Assembly (NCBI GenBank): GCA_051294905.1
Contig: CM119371.1
Coordinates: 35,712,001-35,776,000 of the forward strand
DNA length: 64,000 bases
DNA from: Botryllus schlosseri
Taxonomy: Eukaryota
Direction of reading: 5' to 3'
Shown: positions 29,096 to 44,296 of the stretch, piece by piece
Numbering within the stretch: position 1 is the first letter of the stretch
Layout of the letters: the number at the start of each line of letters is the position of its first letter
Made by a program: the position numbers and the translations under genes
The notes under the pieces: model-generated
Databases searched by the model: none
Told to the model about the DNA's origin: nothing
The model's input: the letters and a program-made list of their open reading frames with translations, nothing else

Positions 29096-32000
29096 GTACA
29101 GAACTTTAATGTACAGTTGAATTATAGATTCATATTGAAATAAAGTTAGAAAATTTACGGCTGAAACTCGTCCGGTGGTAATCTTCAGCAACAATTTTCT
29201 GATCGATTCTCTGCTAGTAGCTAACGATTACCCCTAACGAGTGTCGGCTGACAATACTATTATTTATTTCAATATGAATTATTTAAAAAATAACAGCATA
29301 ATATGCGGTCGTGGTCAAAGTAGTCAGCTATGCTACAGGAGTAGAAGTAAGTAATGCAGTAAAGTCATACTCGATTACAAGCAGAAGTAGTGAATTGTAC
29401 TACCTTCCAAAACTATTTGACGTTCAAATGGATAATGAAAGGTATGAACGTATTCAACGAAAGTAGATTTGAAAAGTCGATTTGATCGAGGTATATCGCA
29501 TATACCATCAGTAGTAAATCGGAGATAGATTACTTTCGAGATTGCGAAATGACTGGTGACTCCATATATAAAGCAAATTTCGAAAATATATTCTTCTGGT
29601 CTATTTATTCCATATGTATTTATATCAGTGGTGTGTTAAAACGAGCAGAAATTGGGAGTGCTACAAGTCGGCAGCTACGGGATCAAAATAAAGAATATCG
29701 TCCTGGTGTAAATGACCATTGTAGTCGAAAAATACCATGGATACCTACTATATACCTCTACATATGTTCGTCCAATATATTCCGCTAATTCGTCGGCTAT
29801 GACTTATATTCGTTTATTGTATTTATTATGCATATTTTCCTATTCTTCTAATATATTCTGCTAATTCGTCCGGTTCATATATGTTCTCTCACAAAGATGA
29901 GAGAAACCAATCCCAGAACTATGCATTCCACTTTACGAAAACTTCGTAATTTTGCGCCAAAACTATTGAGAGAAGTGTCGTTATTATAGTCTAAAACTAT
30001 TAGTTCTTGACTACGTAGTGGAAGTAGGCATACAACACTTCGGTACTCCCAAAAAGTAAAAGTACTTCGTTACGGACCCCTCTTCGGTTAAGTATGAAGG
30101 GTAAAGGCTGCAGTAGAGAGCCATTTCTCTGTTATCACAGAGAATCGCAGAGAAGCGAAAATCGATGTGCATTAGCATACGTTTCGAAACTGTGCTTTGC
30201 CCGCCGGGTCTATATTAAAATTGATACACAACGGGAAAGATTGTTTTGCCAATAACTTCCGGTGTTACTAGCAATTGACATAACGTCGAGAAAATTTTCT
30301 TTACTTCCAACGACGAAATAAGGTCGGACAATACAATGGTATCGTTTAATGTCGCGTGATTTCCGCGATCATTACCCACACAAGCCACAATCTGACATTG
30401 TATGCGTATAGACCAGTGATTCTTATACTCTACCAGCCTGCGAAACACTTACGCTGAACTTCAGCCCAATTGCTTGTAACCAATCACGGCCAATGCGGGT
30501 GTATCGTCACATATCATAGGTTTAGATCGAGTGTCTTTCTTGACCCCTATGGAACCCCCGAGACTGACTTGGGTAACCACAATCAGGGAACACTGGTATG
30601 AAACGTGTAAGAAAGATCACCTGTCGACGTAATCAGAATACGTAAAATTTGATGAGGTTTCAATGACTTGCATATATACTGCACTGTTTGGGGAAGGTTC
30701 GTTATATTTATATAATTTAAATGTAAATATATATTTAGGATCGCACATATATAGACGCTGCTGGCAGTTACGCGTCTTTGTGGTCGCTAACTAATTCTAT
30801 TTTCGACCACTTATCATCACTAATTACCTACGACTAGGCGATGAATATAACCACAATGAGACGCCCGCGCGTGCTGTGAAAACTGCAGCGAAAACTGCTG
30901 TCGTCACATCACTGTTGAGTCACGTCCACGCACTGAAGTTATACCGATTGGTTTGGAAATGAATGACGTCACATACGGTTCAGTTGACATCATCGAAATT
31001 TTGCAGATATATTGTGCCGCTTCGTTTTCAAATGAACTAATCGTTTTGTGACTGGTTCTTGTCATGGCTTTTAAAAATAAATACAATGCTAAAATATTAT
31101 TTTCGGATGATCTGACATAGATCAATATGTCTATTCCGATTCATCAATACTCGTCAAGACGGAAATTATGCAGGATAAGTCGGTTTACGAAGTGAAGACG
31201 TACATTTTATACATAGCTACTGTGAGCTAAATAGTGTTGAATGATCGGTAACGTAAATCCTGTTGTATCAGAACATACCTAGTTCCCCTGATCATATGCG
31301 GAATCGTTGTAACAACAGATTTACGGATTTACGACTGTAAAAGGTAATCACGTGCAGTCTTCCTTCATGATAACAAAATCGGAGCTTAGCCTTTAAATCG
31401 CCTTAAAATACCAACTTTGACTTTCATTGTATTCACGGATCCTTAGGCAGTCTGTTATGTGGATAAAAGCATTACATCAAATCAAGGTCAAATCCTTAGA
31501 AATCCTTAGGAACGGGTTTGAAACAGCTTACATCTGGTTGATCCCAAGATAGGTCCGAACTTTTTAGTATGAAGTTTCTGAATATGAAAAGTTACAGCAG
31601 TGGTTGGAAAGATATGATTTATAACTGACCACGACTGCAATAGACGACGTGATTTCTCATATGTGAGTGCGGATCACTCTATTGATGTTATATCAAATAC
31701 ATTGGCCTCCATTTAATTTTTATGATTTAACCTGTATAATCTCGCCGCCCGAGATATTTGCTAACGGCGTTGCAATCAACGACATACACCGACGAATTTC
31801 ATAGGTCACAAGGTTGTCAGCAATGAACAAATGAAAAAAGGCTATAAATATACTTTTTATGCTTGCAATAGGGTATTTACGCAAGACTATCATACATTGA
31901 TTTCCAATTGTGCATCACGACCTCAGTTTTTCCATTTGAAATTTTCCAAGTAGACAGTAATTTTTGAATGCATTTCCACTTCGTTGACAGTGAAATCTAA

Positions 32001-32409
32001 AGAATACCTGTACAATACGATCCTGTATCGCTTAATGACATTAATAAGCACCAAACGTGCGTGCTCGTCAATTCTGAAAATGCACACGTCAGTTTTGAAA
32101 TTCGTAGAGAGTTATAAGAGTTCAGTTGTGCCCGTCAAATCTACCTACTCGAGTAATGTTCAAAATAATTGATATTGTTTTTCTTTCTTTGGATTTTTTT
32201 GACATTAAATCGTTACATTCAGAATTCAATCTTTTGAGAGAAATTTTGCGAGGAATACATCCGATTCGGCTCGAGTGGCACCACCGAATAATTCGACCAC
32301 CTTTGCGTAAGGATGTACGCGGATACCGTCGGATCCACATACGAATTTTACAGTTTTGGCTGGAATTTATAGTAGTTGCATCAAGCCGTCGCATATAATT
32401 CGTGATAAT

Positions 32410-33233
32410 TAGGGCGTTTTTTTTTAACTAAAAAAAGGAAAATTTTGACCTAAAAAATCAAAATTTTGACTTTTTTTTACCTAAACAAACTGAATTTTGA
32501 CCAAATTTTGACCTGACGTATGCGAATTAGGTGTTTTCCCACATTTCCCACAAAATTATACCACTTATCTTCATTTTTGGTTGGAACTGGCTGTCCTAAC
32601 GAAGTAGTTTGGCCTGAAAAAATGTTTTTGGCTCAGAAACAGGCAACTTTTTACAAGAAAAAACCAATATTTTAACGGAATCTGGTCCTATGAAGAATTC
32701 CAGTGGTTACAATATGTATTATGGAAGAAATAATTAAGATTTTTTGTAGTGCAACAAGAGATAGGCTACTTTCCTACATTCTTTGGTAGAAAATGCATGT
32801 CCTTACAAAGAAACTTGCCAAGGACGTTCAACAGTCCGACACCGTGTTGCTTCATTCTGACAATGTTGTCAACATCACAATTTTTCATCAAGCGCTTCCC
32901 AACATAAAAATGATGCAATGCCCAAGAAGTCTTTAGTTAGGATATTGCGGTACGTTGACCATAACACCATGTCTACCTATTTGTTTTATTTGACCATTTA
33001 TGATTCACAATCAGCAGACAATTAGCTGTTTACAACGGCAGGCCTATTAAATAGGCTACAAACTGTAAAATATCAAATAATAAGTTCACCGACAGTACAA
33101 AATCTACGATACAAACGAAATACAGACGTCAAAAAAATTTTGACTTTATGAAAAATTTTGACAAATTTTGATCTAACGCTACAATTTTGACAAAATTTTG
33201 ACAAATTTTGACATGTAAAAAAAAACCGCCGTA
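32410..33233. mobile_element. Non-autonomous hAT element, 824 bp
   Basis: Imperfect TIRs TAGGGCGTTTTTT / TACGGCGGTTTTT; many subterminal AAAATTTTGAC repeats at both ends; exact 8-bp TSD GTGATAAT at 32402-32409 and 33234-33241. Confidence 0.8.
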
Positions 33234-33399
33234 GTGATAATTCATTACAATGAGCATCATATTTTGAATATTTCATCGTACTTTACCGAATTAATCAATT
33301 AGCCAGTGGGGAAAACACCATCATTCTTATAAGCAACATTCCATGATTATATTATTTATTAAAGATATTAATAATAAAACATCTCCCATTCAGCGACTT

Positions 33400-34600
33400 T
33401 ACACGCGACAATCACGTACTTTATGACGTAACTGTCGGAAGTGCAAGTATGAAAAATCGGACAGAATTTTATCTCCGTTATTAATAGGCTGTTTCCTCGC
33501 AAATTCTACGACGTTTTTCATCTCCAAAATTAGTTTTTCAAGTAACCGTGTTGTGTAGGAAAATACCGCCATTGATCGTTTCACCAACGAAATTTCTCAA
33601 ATCTACCGGACTGCCGGATGTGACACGTAAGTTACACTTCCTACAGTCTCGATGCAAAACCGCTGATCAATTTACCATAAGCAATTTTCCAGTTGTCAAC
33701 TCCATACTTTTTACTCAAGTATTTAATGGCAAGGCTGATGCGGGCTTCTGCACGACACCTGAAAAGGGGATAAGGGGTGTCTTGCAAACGCCTAGCAGGA
33801 ATATAAGCCACGGTCAAGTCGGCACAAGTATACAATTCTATCAAAGAATCTCGACTCTCCGTAAAATGAATAGACCATAGATGTCAAGACATCATCATCC
33901 CTAAAACACAAACAACACAAAATCCCGCTTATCTGCAGCAAGATACAGGGAATTACGCGTAGGCTCATGCCACCATCTGAATCGACTTGTATGGTCAAGT
34001 TTTTCATGTACCAAGGGATGTTAACCTGGAGTTCTTGGACACCCTGCTGGGGTCCGCAGACTAGATTGAAGGGGTCCACGAAAAATCCAATGTTAGAGCT
34101 ACGACTATAAAACTATATTTTTTCTTATTACACATGTCCTTATTTGATCTTGTTTTTCTCGCTTACGACAGGTCACTAGCGATAATGAAGAAAATTTTTT
34201 TAGTCATCAGATATTTTTTTTGGCAACGAATAGACTATGGTAATTTGATTATGATTAGACGGTATTTTTGTGAACTTTTTCCATCACCTTGCCAAATGCC
34301 GCAGCTGAGAGGTCCACGCAAGCCCCTGACAACATTTAAGTATCTGATCAAGCTGAAAGGTTTGGAAACCCTGAACTATACCGTATGGTTATGGCGATCA
34401 TGAGATAGGCATGTATAAAGTAATCGGGTACTGTGATGATATTGCCGAGTTCTGAAGTGATTTGGTAATTCGGCAGTTGTTTCGCGACACGTAACTTCAG
34501 AATATAAGGCACAGGGTATGGTGCAATACGACGTGACAGAGAAATGTATGGCAAATGCCATATTCTAAAAACCATTCGCAACATATACACTGACTTGAGA
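33400..34600 (-). pseudogene. Heavily decayed Charlie-type hAT transposase remnant
   Basis: Fragments in expected order across frames: LRVAKQLPNYQITSEL, LTIQVDSDG (cf. FxLQLDESTD), KKYGVDNWKIAY..SGFASRL, MKNVVEFARKQPIN (cf. VVKIVNFIKxRPLN). Many stops; boundaries approximate. Confidence 0.35.
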
Positions 34601-36439
34601 TGACAGTGAAAAAGTACCGGGCGCGCGACGCCGGTGCCACCTTGTCGTCAGGAAAAGAGCCACGCAAAGTAACTCGGAGACGTACATGCAATATAGTCTT
34701 GAAAGATCAGCTTTGAGGAACATGTGAAATATTGTGCGCTATATCGTGTCGATTGTTGAAAACTGTTGCTTTGCGCTCACGCTACAATATTTTGTGGTAA
34801 CTTGGAAGAATAACAAAAACTTCACTGGAAGCAGTGGTAACTCCGTACATCGAGAATTTGTTTGCATTGCTGGATAGTATCCAATACACAAACTCTTGAA
34901 TAATGGTATACGGTTATACCATAGCATTTCACGAAACAAATATCGATTTTGCTATTGGTATGTCACTGTTTTAAACTTCAACCAGTGGGATTGAACATTT
35001 TTACTTCGGGTGATCACATACTCTGATATTGTCAACGTATCAAATATTTTCCACCTTGCATTTCGCCGTCAGCAACCAATCATCACCGCCATAAAATTAT
35101 TTTATACAGATAACGTCAATTGACGCCGTTTATGACGTCAGATTTATATGATTACGTTGGGTTCGTACTGAACCTTGTGACTTGTGACTTCAGGACAATA
35201 TAACCTTAATATATCTACAACATGAAACAATATTTGCTGTTTCATAACATGCCGTAATTTGACTCGGTAGCGATAAAAAAAAATTGCACGGTCACTGCTG
35301 TTGGCCGCTCAAACGAATTACAATTATTATTAAGATCTTTTGAATCGAGTCTGGCGAATACTTTAAGATGTCTGCAGCCACATTTCGTGCGTCTTCGCGA
35401 ACATTTTTACCGATGAATTTGAATTGCAAAAACGGAATCTTCTTGGTTTTATAAACCTCAACTCAGTTTCTCATCACATATCACGGCTAAGTTGGGTATC
35501 CTCATATGTGTCAGAACGTACGATATGTTTCCCGGATGTTATCTCCCAACTATAGATACCCAGTTTGGTACTATTCTCCCTGATTTTGCAATTTTGGGAG
35601 CTGACATCATTTTGAAAAGTCAACGCTTATGTAATTTCGACGTCATAGAACCCAGCTGCATTTCGAAACCGAAACAGAGTCCAGAAATTAACCAAATTTG
35701 ATTAGTAAATTAATCTATTTTTGTTGCAATATTAACGTGCATCTTTATATTATTCGCAATTGGCATTGTTAAAGATTCGATGAGCCGTCTGGAATTTAAC
35801 TCACAACGCCGTTGATTATTTCGTCTTAGATTACGGGGGAATTCGCATAAATGTGCATCAGCGTCTGTCTCGTGGAAGCAGAGTGTTTTATAAATAAGTG
35901 TTCGCGTCCAAAAATATACAAGCGCATAAAATATTGTTGACAGTTAATGCTCCATTCTTTTGGCTAAGACGTCTGGAATTACAAAAGTTGAGATCATGAT
36001 CAAACAAATATATATTCATTATCATTACACACTTCCAGTAAATAAACATTGGAAATAACTTGATGGTAATACACTATCGATTCGTGTAACTGTCGAGTTT
36101 CTAAATTTAGCACAGGTCACATGCTAAAATATACGCATGGCCATCAGACGCACCACGATTACTTTAACGCAGGGATATATGACGGAGTCTTTTGGCGTCG
36201 TGATATGAAGCGTCTGACAAAGCATTTTGTAGTCGAGATATGTAGTAAGTCATGACGCTACTAAGGCACCACTGATTTATTCAATACCCGGTTCTAACCC
36301 TAAATATGCGCTTATTTTTGCTTAATTCCTTATTATCGCTTACCGCAGACCACAAGCAAAATTGATAACCTTCTTTAGTCATCATGTAGATTTTATGGAA
36401 ATTACATGGCACGATGAGGCCATTATTATAACTGGCCAG

Positions 36440-36887
36440 CAGGGTTGTAATGACTCGAGTCATTGCGCATGACTCGAAGCAAGTCATTGACGCGAAATTC
36501 AGACGGCGAAGACCGACATTTCATTGTAATTTCGAAGCAAACACACTATTGGGATTTCGTTTGTTGGTACTGGTGCTTGAAAATGCGACCAGAAACTGCT
36601 AAAAGTGAGGAAAATTGATATATTATAAATGCGAACCATTCAATATCTCCAAACAGAGTTAAAAAGTGGGTTTAGGAAGACTTTAACTGGAAACTGAGCA
36701 GTCAACACAATGACTTGGACTCGGGCTCGAGTCATAATACCATAACTCGGACTCGATCCTCTGTTTTCTGACTTGGACTCGGACTTGACTTGGTGGGAAT
36801 TGAAAATGACTCGACTTGACTCGAGTCAAAAATATAAAAGTGAGATTGACTTGTGACTCGGAGCCTTGTGACTTGGTTACAACCCTG
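36440..36887. mobile_element. hAT MITE of the GACTCGAGTC-rich family, 448 bp
   Basis: TIR CAGGGTTGTAA at both ends; exact 8-bp TSD CTGGCCAG at 36432-36439 and 36888-36895; subterminal GACTCGAGTC/GACTTG repeats. Confidence 0.9.
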
Positions 36888-39800
36888 CTGGCCAGGCGTG
36901 ATGACCCAGGCTTCCCAAATTTCAAGTTTATGGGTCCAATCCAGAAAAAGAAACATTATGGACGCGGTGGTACAGACTTCGAGACGAGTTGGTTTGGAAC
37001 TTCGAGTCTCGAGATGAAACTAATCATGTATCTGTGCCAACACATGAATAGTTCTTTTTCTTGGCAGAATCTGCCGAGTATTACATACATTTACAATTTG
37101 TGTAGTTAATGTTATGACGTTGCGTTACAGCAATCAGCATTTGTTCGCTATTGTTCTAAAGGTGTTTCATAGTGATACCTAAGACATGCGTTATATATAA
37201 TTCACATTAAACCAATATCAAAAAAATCATGGTGCTAAGGGAAGGTGTGAACGTTCTGTTTGCTTTCGTGTTCATAGTGCAAATATTGATGTTTCAGAAG
37301 TTCGTGTTTGCAAACGAACATTGAAAGGTCTTACATCTACACTCTGAAGATTTCGTTGAAATAGCGTTATTTTATAGGGATACTAGAATCTTTGTTCGAA
37401 ATTCATAGCATTATAACTACCTATCCCCCTCTGCATGAGTGTGACTGCGAGAAAAGAACGTGGTAACGAAACTAAAACAAAACTTAGCGTATAATCGACA
37501 ATTTTATAGATTCCTGTGTATTTTGCTTGAGATACCACGTTATTATACGGTAGTGAATATTATATTGACACGACAACGTCACCGTCGAGTGCGTGTCCAC
37601 ATAAACGGGGTAAAATAATATAATCAGCTTTTATACTCGCCTGGTGACATGGTAACTGGTTAGTCATTCATGATGAAACTACAAATTATATTGTGATCCC
37701 GTGCTGCGCAAATTGATCTTGGGCTCTTAAATCATATGAGGATCCCAACAGCACTGGGTGCAAATAAGGCAGAGGTCTCAAACTCAAATGTGCTATCGGG
37801 TCAGTTTTCCCGTTTTGACGCCGCCGCGGGCCGCAGCACTTATATGGGTATTCTATGTCTTTCCAAGTAGGCCTTATTTGGTGGGAATGAATTGTCCTGT
37901 TGAAAGTGAGCCGATCCATCAGACTGACAGTAAACACACATCGTCAAAACGTGATTTACTCTTGTATCAATTTAGGCCTGGCACGAAGAAAATCATCACA
38001 TTTATAACTATTTGAATAGAATTGTTGTTGTACTTGATATAGTATATATTAATTATAAGATATAGACACCATATGGGCGGACAAATGTATGTTGCCATCA
38101 TAAAAGCTGTCGGGGTATAATTTCGCAGCTACTATGAATATTTTGAATTTAACAGATTGATAATAGAGACTAACCTGATATCAAAACATTTTTAGGTTGA
38201 GCATTGTAATTCCAATCCAGGATTCGGGTGTACTTCTGATATGTAGGCTATTAATCTCATGGGCAAATATCTTCAAATACAGGAGCAGAAAAAAATACAA
38301 ATATAATATAAATATATTAATGAATGTGTCTTAGTGATTGAAATGTCGGAACGCTGAACGGCCCATTGTTGTTACATCGTCGGAGCGTACCACCATCGGT
38401 AATCGGTACCTTGAAGTGGCCTTGATAACTATGGTTTAGCGACCCGAGATGTAACTAACAGATTGCCCATGGTTGCCATAAATATACTTGCTTAGTTAGT
38501 GATATACCAAGCTGCGACTTTCTGATCTATTACTATTCCCCTGATACGCGATTAGTTTGTTGCGTCCATGGTTCTATTAAATTCACGGCATTCCGAGTCC
38601 CTCTGAGTCAACTCAAGTCATTTTCATTTTGCCATCGAGTTAGCCCGAGTCTCAGTAATTCTAGGAAAGGTCGCGTCCAATTCCAACTCACAAATTTCAG
38701 TCACGAATCGTCTAAGGGTCAGGTCTTGTCATCATGAATTTGAAATGGAGCGAAATAGTGGATCTTCCCCTGCATGGTAGCGTTTGCAATAGATGTGATA
38801 GTGAAGTTTGATGAATAGTTTCAGGCTTTCGGAGCAATTTAAGAGGGAATTTTGACTTATAACCTGAAAAGATGTATGTGACACTTATATATTGTCAAAT
38901 TATTAAAAATCTAAAATGTTGTCGCGGGCCGCACACAATGCTCTGGCGGGCCGCGTGTTTGAGACCTCTGAAATAAGGGATCTTTGCGGATCGATAACTA
39001 ACTCTAGATCTGAAGAAAATTTCAACCAACAAGACATCAGATTATATTAGAGAACATTTCGATGCAGTAACATCGTCAGAATTGAAGTCTTTCCAAGGAC
39101 ACCAAGCCTATAATCTGAAGGCTAAAATGTGAATTGTGTTGCAATTAGCATTACGATATCAGATGTTGGCGTTCACACGAACCGAACCTTTTCGTATTTT
39201 CCATCATCCCTATTGGTTCTATTTCCTAGGACTATAATTTGCATCAATTCTCAGTGATACTGCAGTCGCTGGAAGGCGCGACTAATCTTCTTCGACGAGA
39301 CTTCATTTCCTACGAAACTTCACACTGGAACGAAAGTTCAGGCGGTCAAAAATGTATTCTACCGATTGTAACTTCCGGAAATGTCATGTGCAATATTTCT
39401 TTTCTCCATGCGTAATGGATATTATATTAGGACTCGATAATATGGTATACGTGTATGTTGTCAAAACGACGATTGAAGAGGCGCGACAGCAATCGCGCTC
39501 ATTCGGAAATTCGCTTTACGAATGGAACTGTTCCCGAATATTATGACATGCCAACAAGTTGACGATTTTCCGTCTTGCGACGAAGCCACGTATCGCCGAA
39601 CTGGAATATAATTACGGTTACGATCGGTTACGATAAGCGCCCATCAATAAGACCGACCAGGACGATTCCCGTCGGAGGTTTATCTGGGCTCCTCTTCCCC
39701 CGCCGTTGCCGTTCTTACGGCGAAAAAAAAGCCTAGTAAAAGACCCGACGAAAGAAAGCACTCACGAGGAATGGACAAACTAATAGAAATGGCCGCGGCT

Positions 39801-40799
39801 TCAAAAGAGATCAACAACGAAAAGAACTGTGACATCGGGCACTCCAGCCCGAGGTGAATGTTAGAGTAAAGGATCGCTACTGATGCGTGTCATTCGATAT
39901 CCTCCTATCCGTTCATGACATCGCATTGTCTTACTGCATTGTACGTTGTGTGTGACTTGTTCAGATAAAAAAATGACCCAACGATATTATGTTAATACCG
40001 TGGTGGCACCTACATTGCGCGACTATTATGAAACAGGGCTCGTCTCATGACAAATAAATGCTTTTGTCCTAAACAACATTCTAAAACTACCTCGAAGTGT
40101 GTATCTATACTACTGTAGATAGGGTAGGCCTACTCATAATTATCGGAGAAGCCGGGCATCAACGAGTCCAGGGGTGGTAAAAGTACTCATCATCAACATA
40201 TACTCGAGTCGAAGTAGAAGTGACATTCAACTTTCCACTCGGGAACAAGCATAAGTAGTCATTTGCAAGACGTGTCAACAGTACTCCGAGTGCAAGCAGG
40301 AAACTGAACGTCCGCAGAGAACTCGTGTGAGAAATTTCAAATAGTTGATCTGGCGAAGGGTCACCTACTTCAAGAAATTATTCGGGAGTTTCACCTTTCG
40401 AAATTTCAATACGTATCTAATCAACCAAATCAAAGCGACCAACGTCACTACAAATAGATGCAATTTCCGACGATCAATGAAGCTAGTGATACAGGGTCTG
40501 TACGTCGCTCGGTTGATATTACTGGGACACAATTTCGATGGCAATACTTTTGTTCTGGTCAACACACAGCTGCATCATGTTAGAGCGGGTCTGTCGGTAG
40601 TAGAGTTGAAAAGATTACCTCTTTCCTGTCTACCCCACAGCAATTCTAGTAAGCATTTTCTAAATGGCCGTTACCTCGTCCGATTTCATAGGATTTTCGA
40701 CTTGTAAACATTGTCCTCTTGATATGGTAATTTTAACTGCAAGTATACATAAAACCTGCCGAGTACCCCGAAAAGGACGAGTACTTGGTTGTTGATCAC

Positions 40800-42817
40800 C
40801 AGGGTTGTAACCAAGTCACATGGTTCCGAGTCACGAGTCAATCATACTTTTGTGGTTTTGACTCGAGTCGAGTCGAGTCATTTTCAATTCATCACAGACT
40901 CGAGTCCGAGTCCAAGTCACCGTTTAAAGGGTCAAGTCCGAGTCATGGTGTTATGACTCGAGTCGAGTCCAAGTCACAGTATTGAAGTCATGTTCAACTT
41001 ATGTTTTCAATCCTGCTTGGGTAATATCGAATTCCTTGTTTGCGAAACATGCTCATTTTGTCCCTATCAGAGTCTTGGCACGTGTTTATTCAGGCAGATA
41101 ACGGTCAGGTCCTGGCCTCATTTACCGATGCTAAAGATAATTTTACTAATCTTAGAACTTAAAATCGAATATCTCTCTTGTTAGTCTGATACATCACCAA
41201 TACAAGTATTCAGTTTTTATTATGAACACATCGACGATAGTTCACGAATAGCTGATAGAGAACCAACAAATTCACGTCAAGATACTAGTTGATAGAGAAT
41301 CAATAGATGCATGTTTATGTAGAGGTATTTACAACAGGCCAGCATGCTGTAAAAGCGTGCATGCAACTATGTGCATTGTGCAGTGACAACAGAACAGATA
41401 CCCTTTGATTATACTAAAGGTTTTCCCAATTGCATTACAGACTACATCGCAGTTACAGCATTGGAGAAATAACTGTACAATGGCGCTGTTCAAAAACATC
41501 CTTTCAAATTTTCCGGCCACTTCTGAAAATTGCCAGATCGCCCAAAAAATCAAATTTGGCTCAATTCCAACCAGTAGAAAGCAATGCTATGAAAGAAAAT
41601 TTTAGACTAATTACAAATAGAAATTTTCGAATTTTTTACCGGCTATCTCATGATATTGTTACATTGTGTAAAAATATGATTCATAGCAAATTTGACTCAA
41701 TTCCAACTAGAAAAAGTGAAGTTATTAGAGTAGAATGTTTTGGATATGAAAAAATAGTCGGCTTACTACTATGTAATTATATTATATGAAAGAATTTCTC
41801 ACTAAAATACTCCATTTATTTTCAAATCCAAAACATTCTCCTCTCACATCATTGATTCCACCTTTTTCAAATTAAGCCAGATCCAGTGTTCCCTTTATGC
41901 AACATAACAATTCTATCAAGTAACCACCCAGTAAAATAAAAAAGAAGTTATTTTAGAACAGCCACATTGTACAAACATCACACAACATTAGCCATTCATT
42001 ATTACTCACGTGCACAATGCACATACCTAACAAAACGTCAAATGGACGAGGGGCATTGTGTGTTTTCACAGACAGCAGATCAGATCAATGAGTTACACCT
42101 CAAAAATACTAATGTGGAAAGGAGATCCTCATATATGTTAAAGCGACATGGCCGTAGAATGAATCCACATCTACTGAATACACGCTCCACTAGTGCACTC
42201 GATGCAGGAATTGACAAGCATTTTTGAACCACACTGAAGAGCATTTAATACTCATTCTTTCTAGTCGCCCAAAAATGCAAAGAATCATCGCCTTCAAATC
42301 TACACATGAGCTCATCAGTCTCTTCACCATCTGAGTCATTTCATTGGCTCTAATTGAACTTTGATCCAATTGTTTGCTTGTATAATTGAAAAGTCTTGAG
42401 TACTTTAATTGCGGAGGATCTATTACCTCTTCATCACAGGATGATTTTGTACAATGCATTGCTACTATGTATCATTTTCTGTTGGTTTTACGGCGGCATA
42501 TCTGATATCAGACAAGTGAAACGAAAGCAGTGGTGACAAATAGCGATGTCGGCAGAATTCGTCGGATGCGTTGATCTAGCCATTATGATTCGCAAATTTC
42601 TTCATCTTCAAGTCATATAAAATAAGCCGAGTCAATGACTTGGGTCGAGTCATGCGTAATGACTCGAGTACAAGTCGAGTCAATCCAAATATTGACTCGA
42701 GTCGAGTCGAGTCATTTTCCCATTTCAAGAAAATGACTCGAGTCAAGTCGAGTCATAAAAAAATCGTGACTCGAGTCTGACTCGAGTCGAGTCATGACTC
42801 AAGTCATTACAACCCTG
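40800..42817 (-). mobile_element. Internally deleted hAT element, 2018 bp, same family as 36440-36887 in opposite orientation
   Basis: TIR CAGGGTTGTAA; exact TSD TTGATCAC at 40792-40799 and 42818-42825; GACTCGAGTC arrays at both ends; retains a transposase fragment. Confidence 0.9.
42120..42230 (-). pseudogene. hAT transposase C-terminal dimerisation-domain remnant
   Basis: Minus-strand translation QKCLSIPASSALVERVFSRCGFILRPCR matches the hAT LSIPATSAxxERxFS motif. Confidence 0.75.
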
Positions 42818-42922
42818 TTGATCACCTCTGCTAACGACTACAATCTTCGCGTCTTGATAGACACTTCCCGGTCAGATATTTATTGACAATCACGAACGAT
42901 AACAAAAATTCACCATACGTAA

Positions 42923-43734
42923 CTAATGAATAACGTCCCTCTGCCGAAGTCCGCTTCGCAAGCTCTCCAGGCATCGCTGCCGGCACGAATCGTCCTCAAA
43001 ATCAGTCGCTCTTTCGTACTCGTCGATGGCGAACTTCCTGTATGTCTCCGAAGAGAGATGTAGACCCTTCGAGCGACACGCGAGGCTCAGCGTGAAGAAG
43101 ATATCCCCCGCTGTGCTGTTCGGTCTGTAGTTCGGGCTGTTTACGAGATGCATTAATTCCCTCACCGCTTCTCTGCCGCACCTAATGGCTCTTCCGAAAC
43201 AATCAGTTTTGTGGTGCAAGAGAGCGACGAAGCCTAAACATCTGGCGACTGCAATAGTTCTCCTGTCGGTATCCACGCATTCCACCTCCTCCAGTTGAAT
43301 CGTAATCTGAATCATCCAAGTAATGACAAGTTTGGAAACTATATGACGCGATTGCCCGCCGGCTTCCACCATCTCCAACGCTCCACAGAACATCTTCGCA
43401 ACTACGATGTAATATAGCGCTACGTTATCCTCCAGTTTTTCAGAGCTGTATGCATAATATACCGATCTGTATATAATCAACGACGCGAGATGGCGCCCAC
43501 GGTTGGACACTTCGTCACCCCACTCCAGCAGTTGATGCTGGGGTGTTGAGCAACGTTGCACCCCATTATCAAAACACGTCATTGTTTTCTCCGCCTCGGC
43601 AACCTTCCCAAGATAGTGCTCGCACTCGGCCATGAGGAGCAACGTGTCCAGATTGTCGCTTGAGTGTTCCCGCTGCGGTAGATACGATAGAGCTTCGTCA
43701 TAGCGATTATTTCTTATCAGAGCGTGCGCCAGTC
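42923..43734 (-). CDS. Terminal exon of a host TPR-like helical-repeat protein gene
   Basis: 812-nt open exon after acceptor TTTGTTTTACAG; reads LAHALIRNNRYDEALSYL...LLLMAECEHYLGKVAEAEK (TPR-like); ends in TAG; AATAAA on the minus strand at 42879-42884. Confidence 0.7.
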
Positions 43735-44296
43735 CTGTAAAACAAACGATGCAATCTCAGAAGATCGCCAGCGATTTCAGGCATTTAATACGAGGGCGTT
43801 AATGTCTATAGATATAGCGAAATCTTACAGTCAAAATATCAGTATACACTGATAACAGTTGTATTTCACAGATTTCCGCCATATCGTAGGGTGCGAATCA
43901 GTCGAACGGTATTCAACGGTAGAAAATTTGACTTTAAAAACTATCCTAATGGGTTGAAACGAGTTAAATACAACAACCGCAATGGCAGGACTCATTATAA
44001 TTCTTCAAGTCAAGAAATTACAAGCTAAAAAGAAGTATTTGATTCGGCATGATTTCGCTACGAACTGCTAATTAACTTCATTCTGCCACGTCTACGTAAA
44101 TCCCAAATACTCAGTGGTTAAGTCCGCGCTTGTAGATTATCTCCATGGTACAAAATCGTCATTAAAGTATAATACAGTTAAGATCTTCAATCTTACATAG
44201 AAACAAGACTTGGCTTCCGCGGACGTCAAGATGTCATGAAAAGCGCGAAGTCATATGCCCAAATACATAGCTTGAGTCGTGCAACAGACACCTCAC

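Noticed and set aside
39780-39880. Possible Gypsy integrase tail (LQPEVNVRVKD)
   Set aside because: Too short and interrupted to support a call.
448-42459. Dozens of 60-140 aa ORFs in the host flank
   Set aside because: Many begin at TTG/GTG, overlap on both strands and lack motifs; they fit chance ORFs or transposon debris. Only fragments with recognisable motifs or splice signals were kept.
42620-42810. Dense GACTCGAGTC repeats resembling a CRISPR array
   Set aside because: Irregular spacing, no unique constant-length spacers, no cas genes; they are subterminal repeats of a TSD-flanked hAT element.
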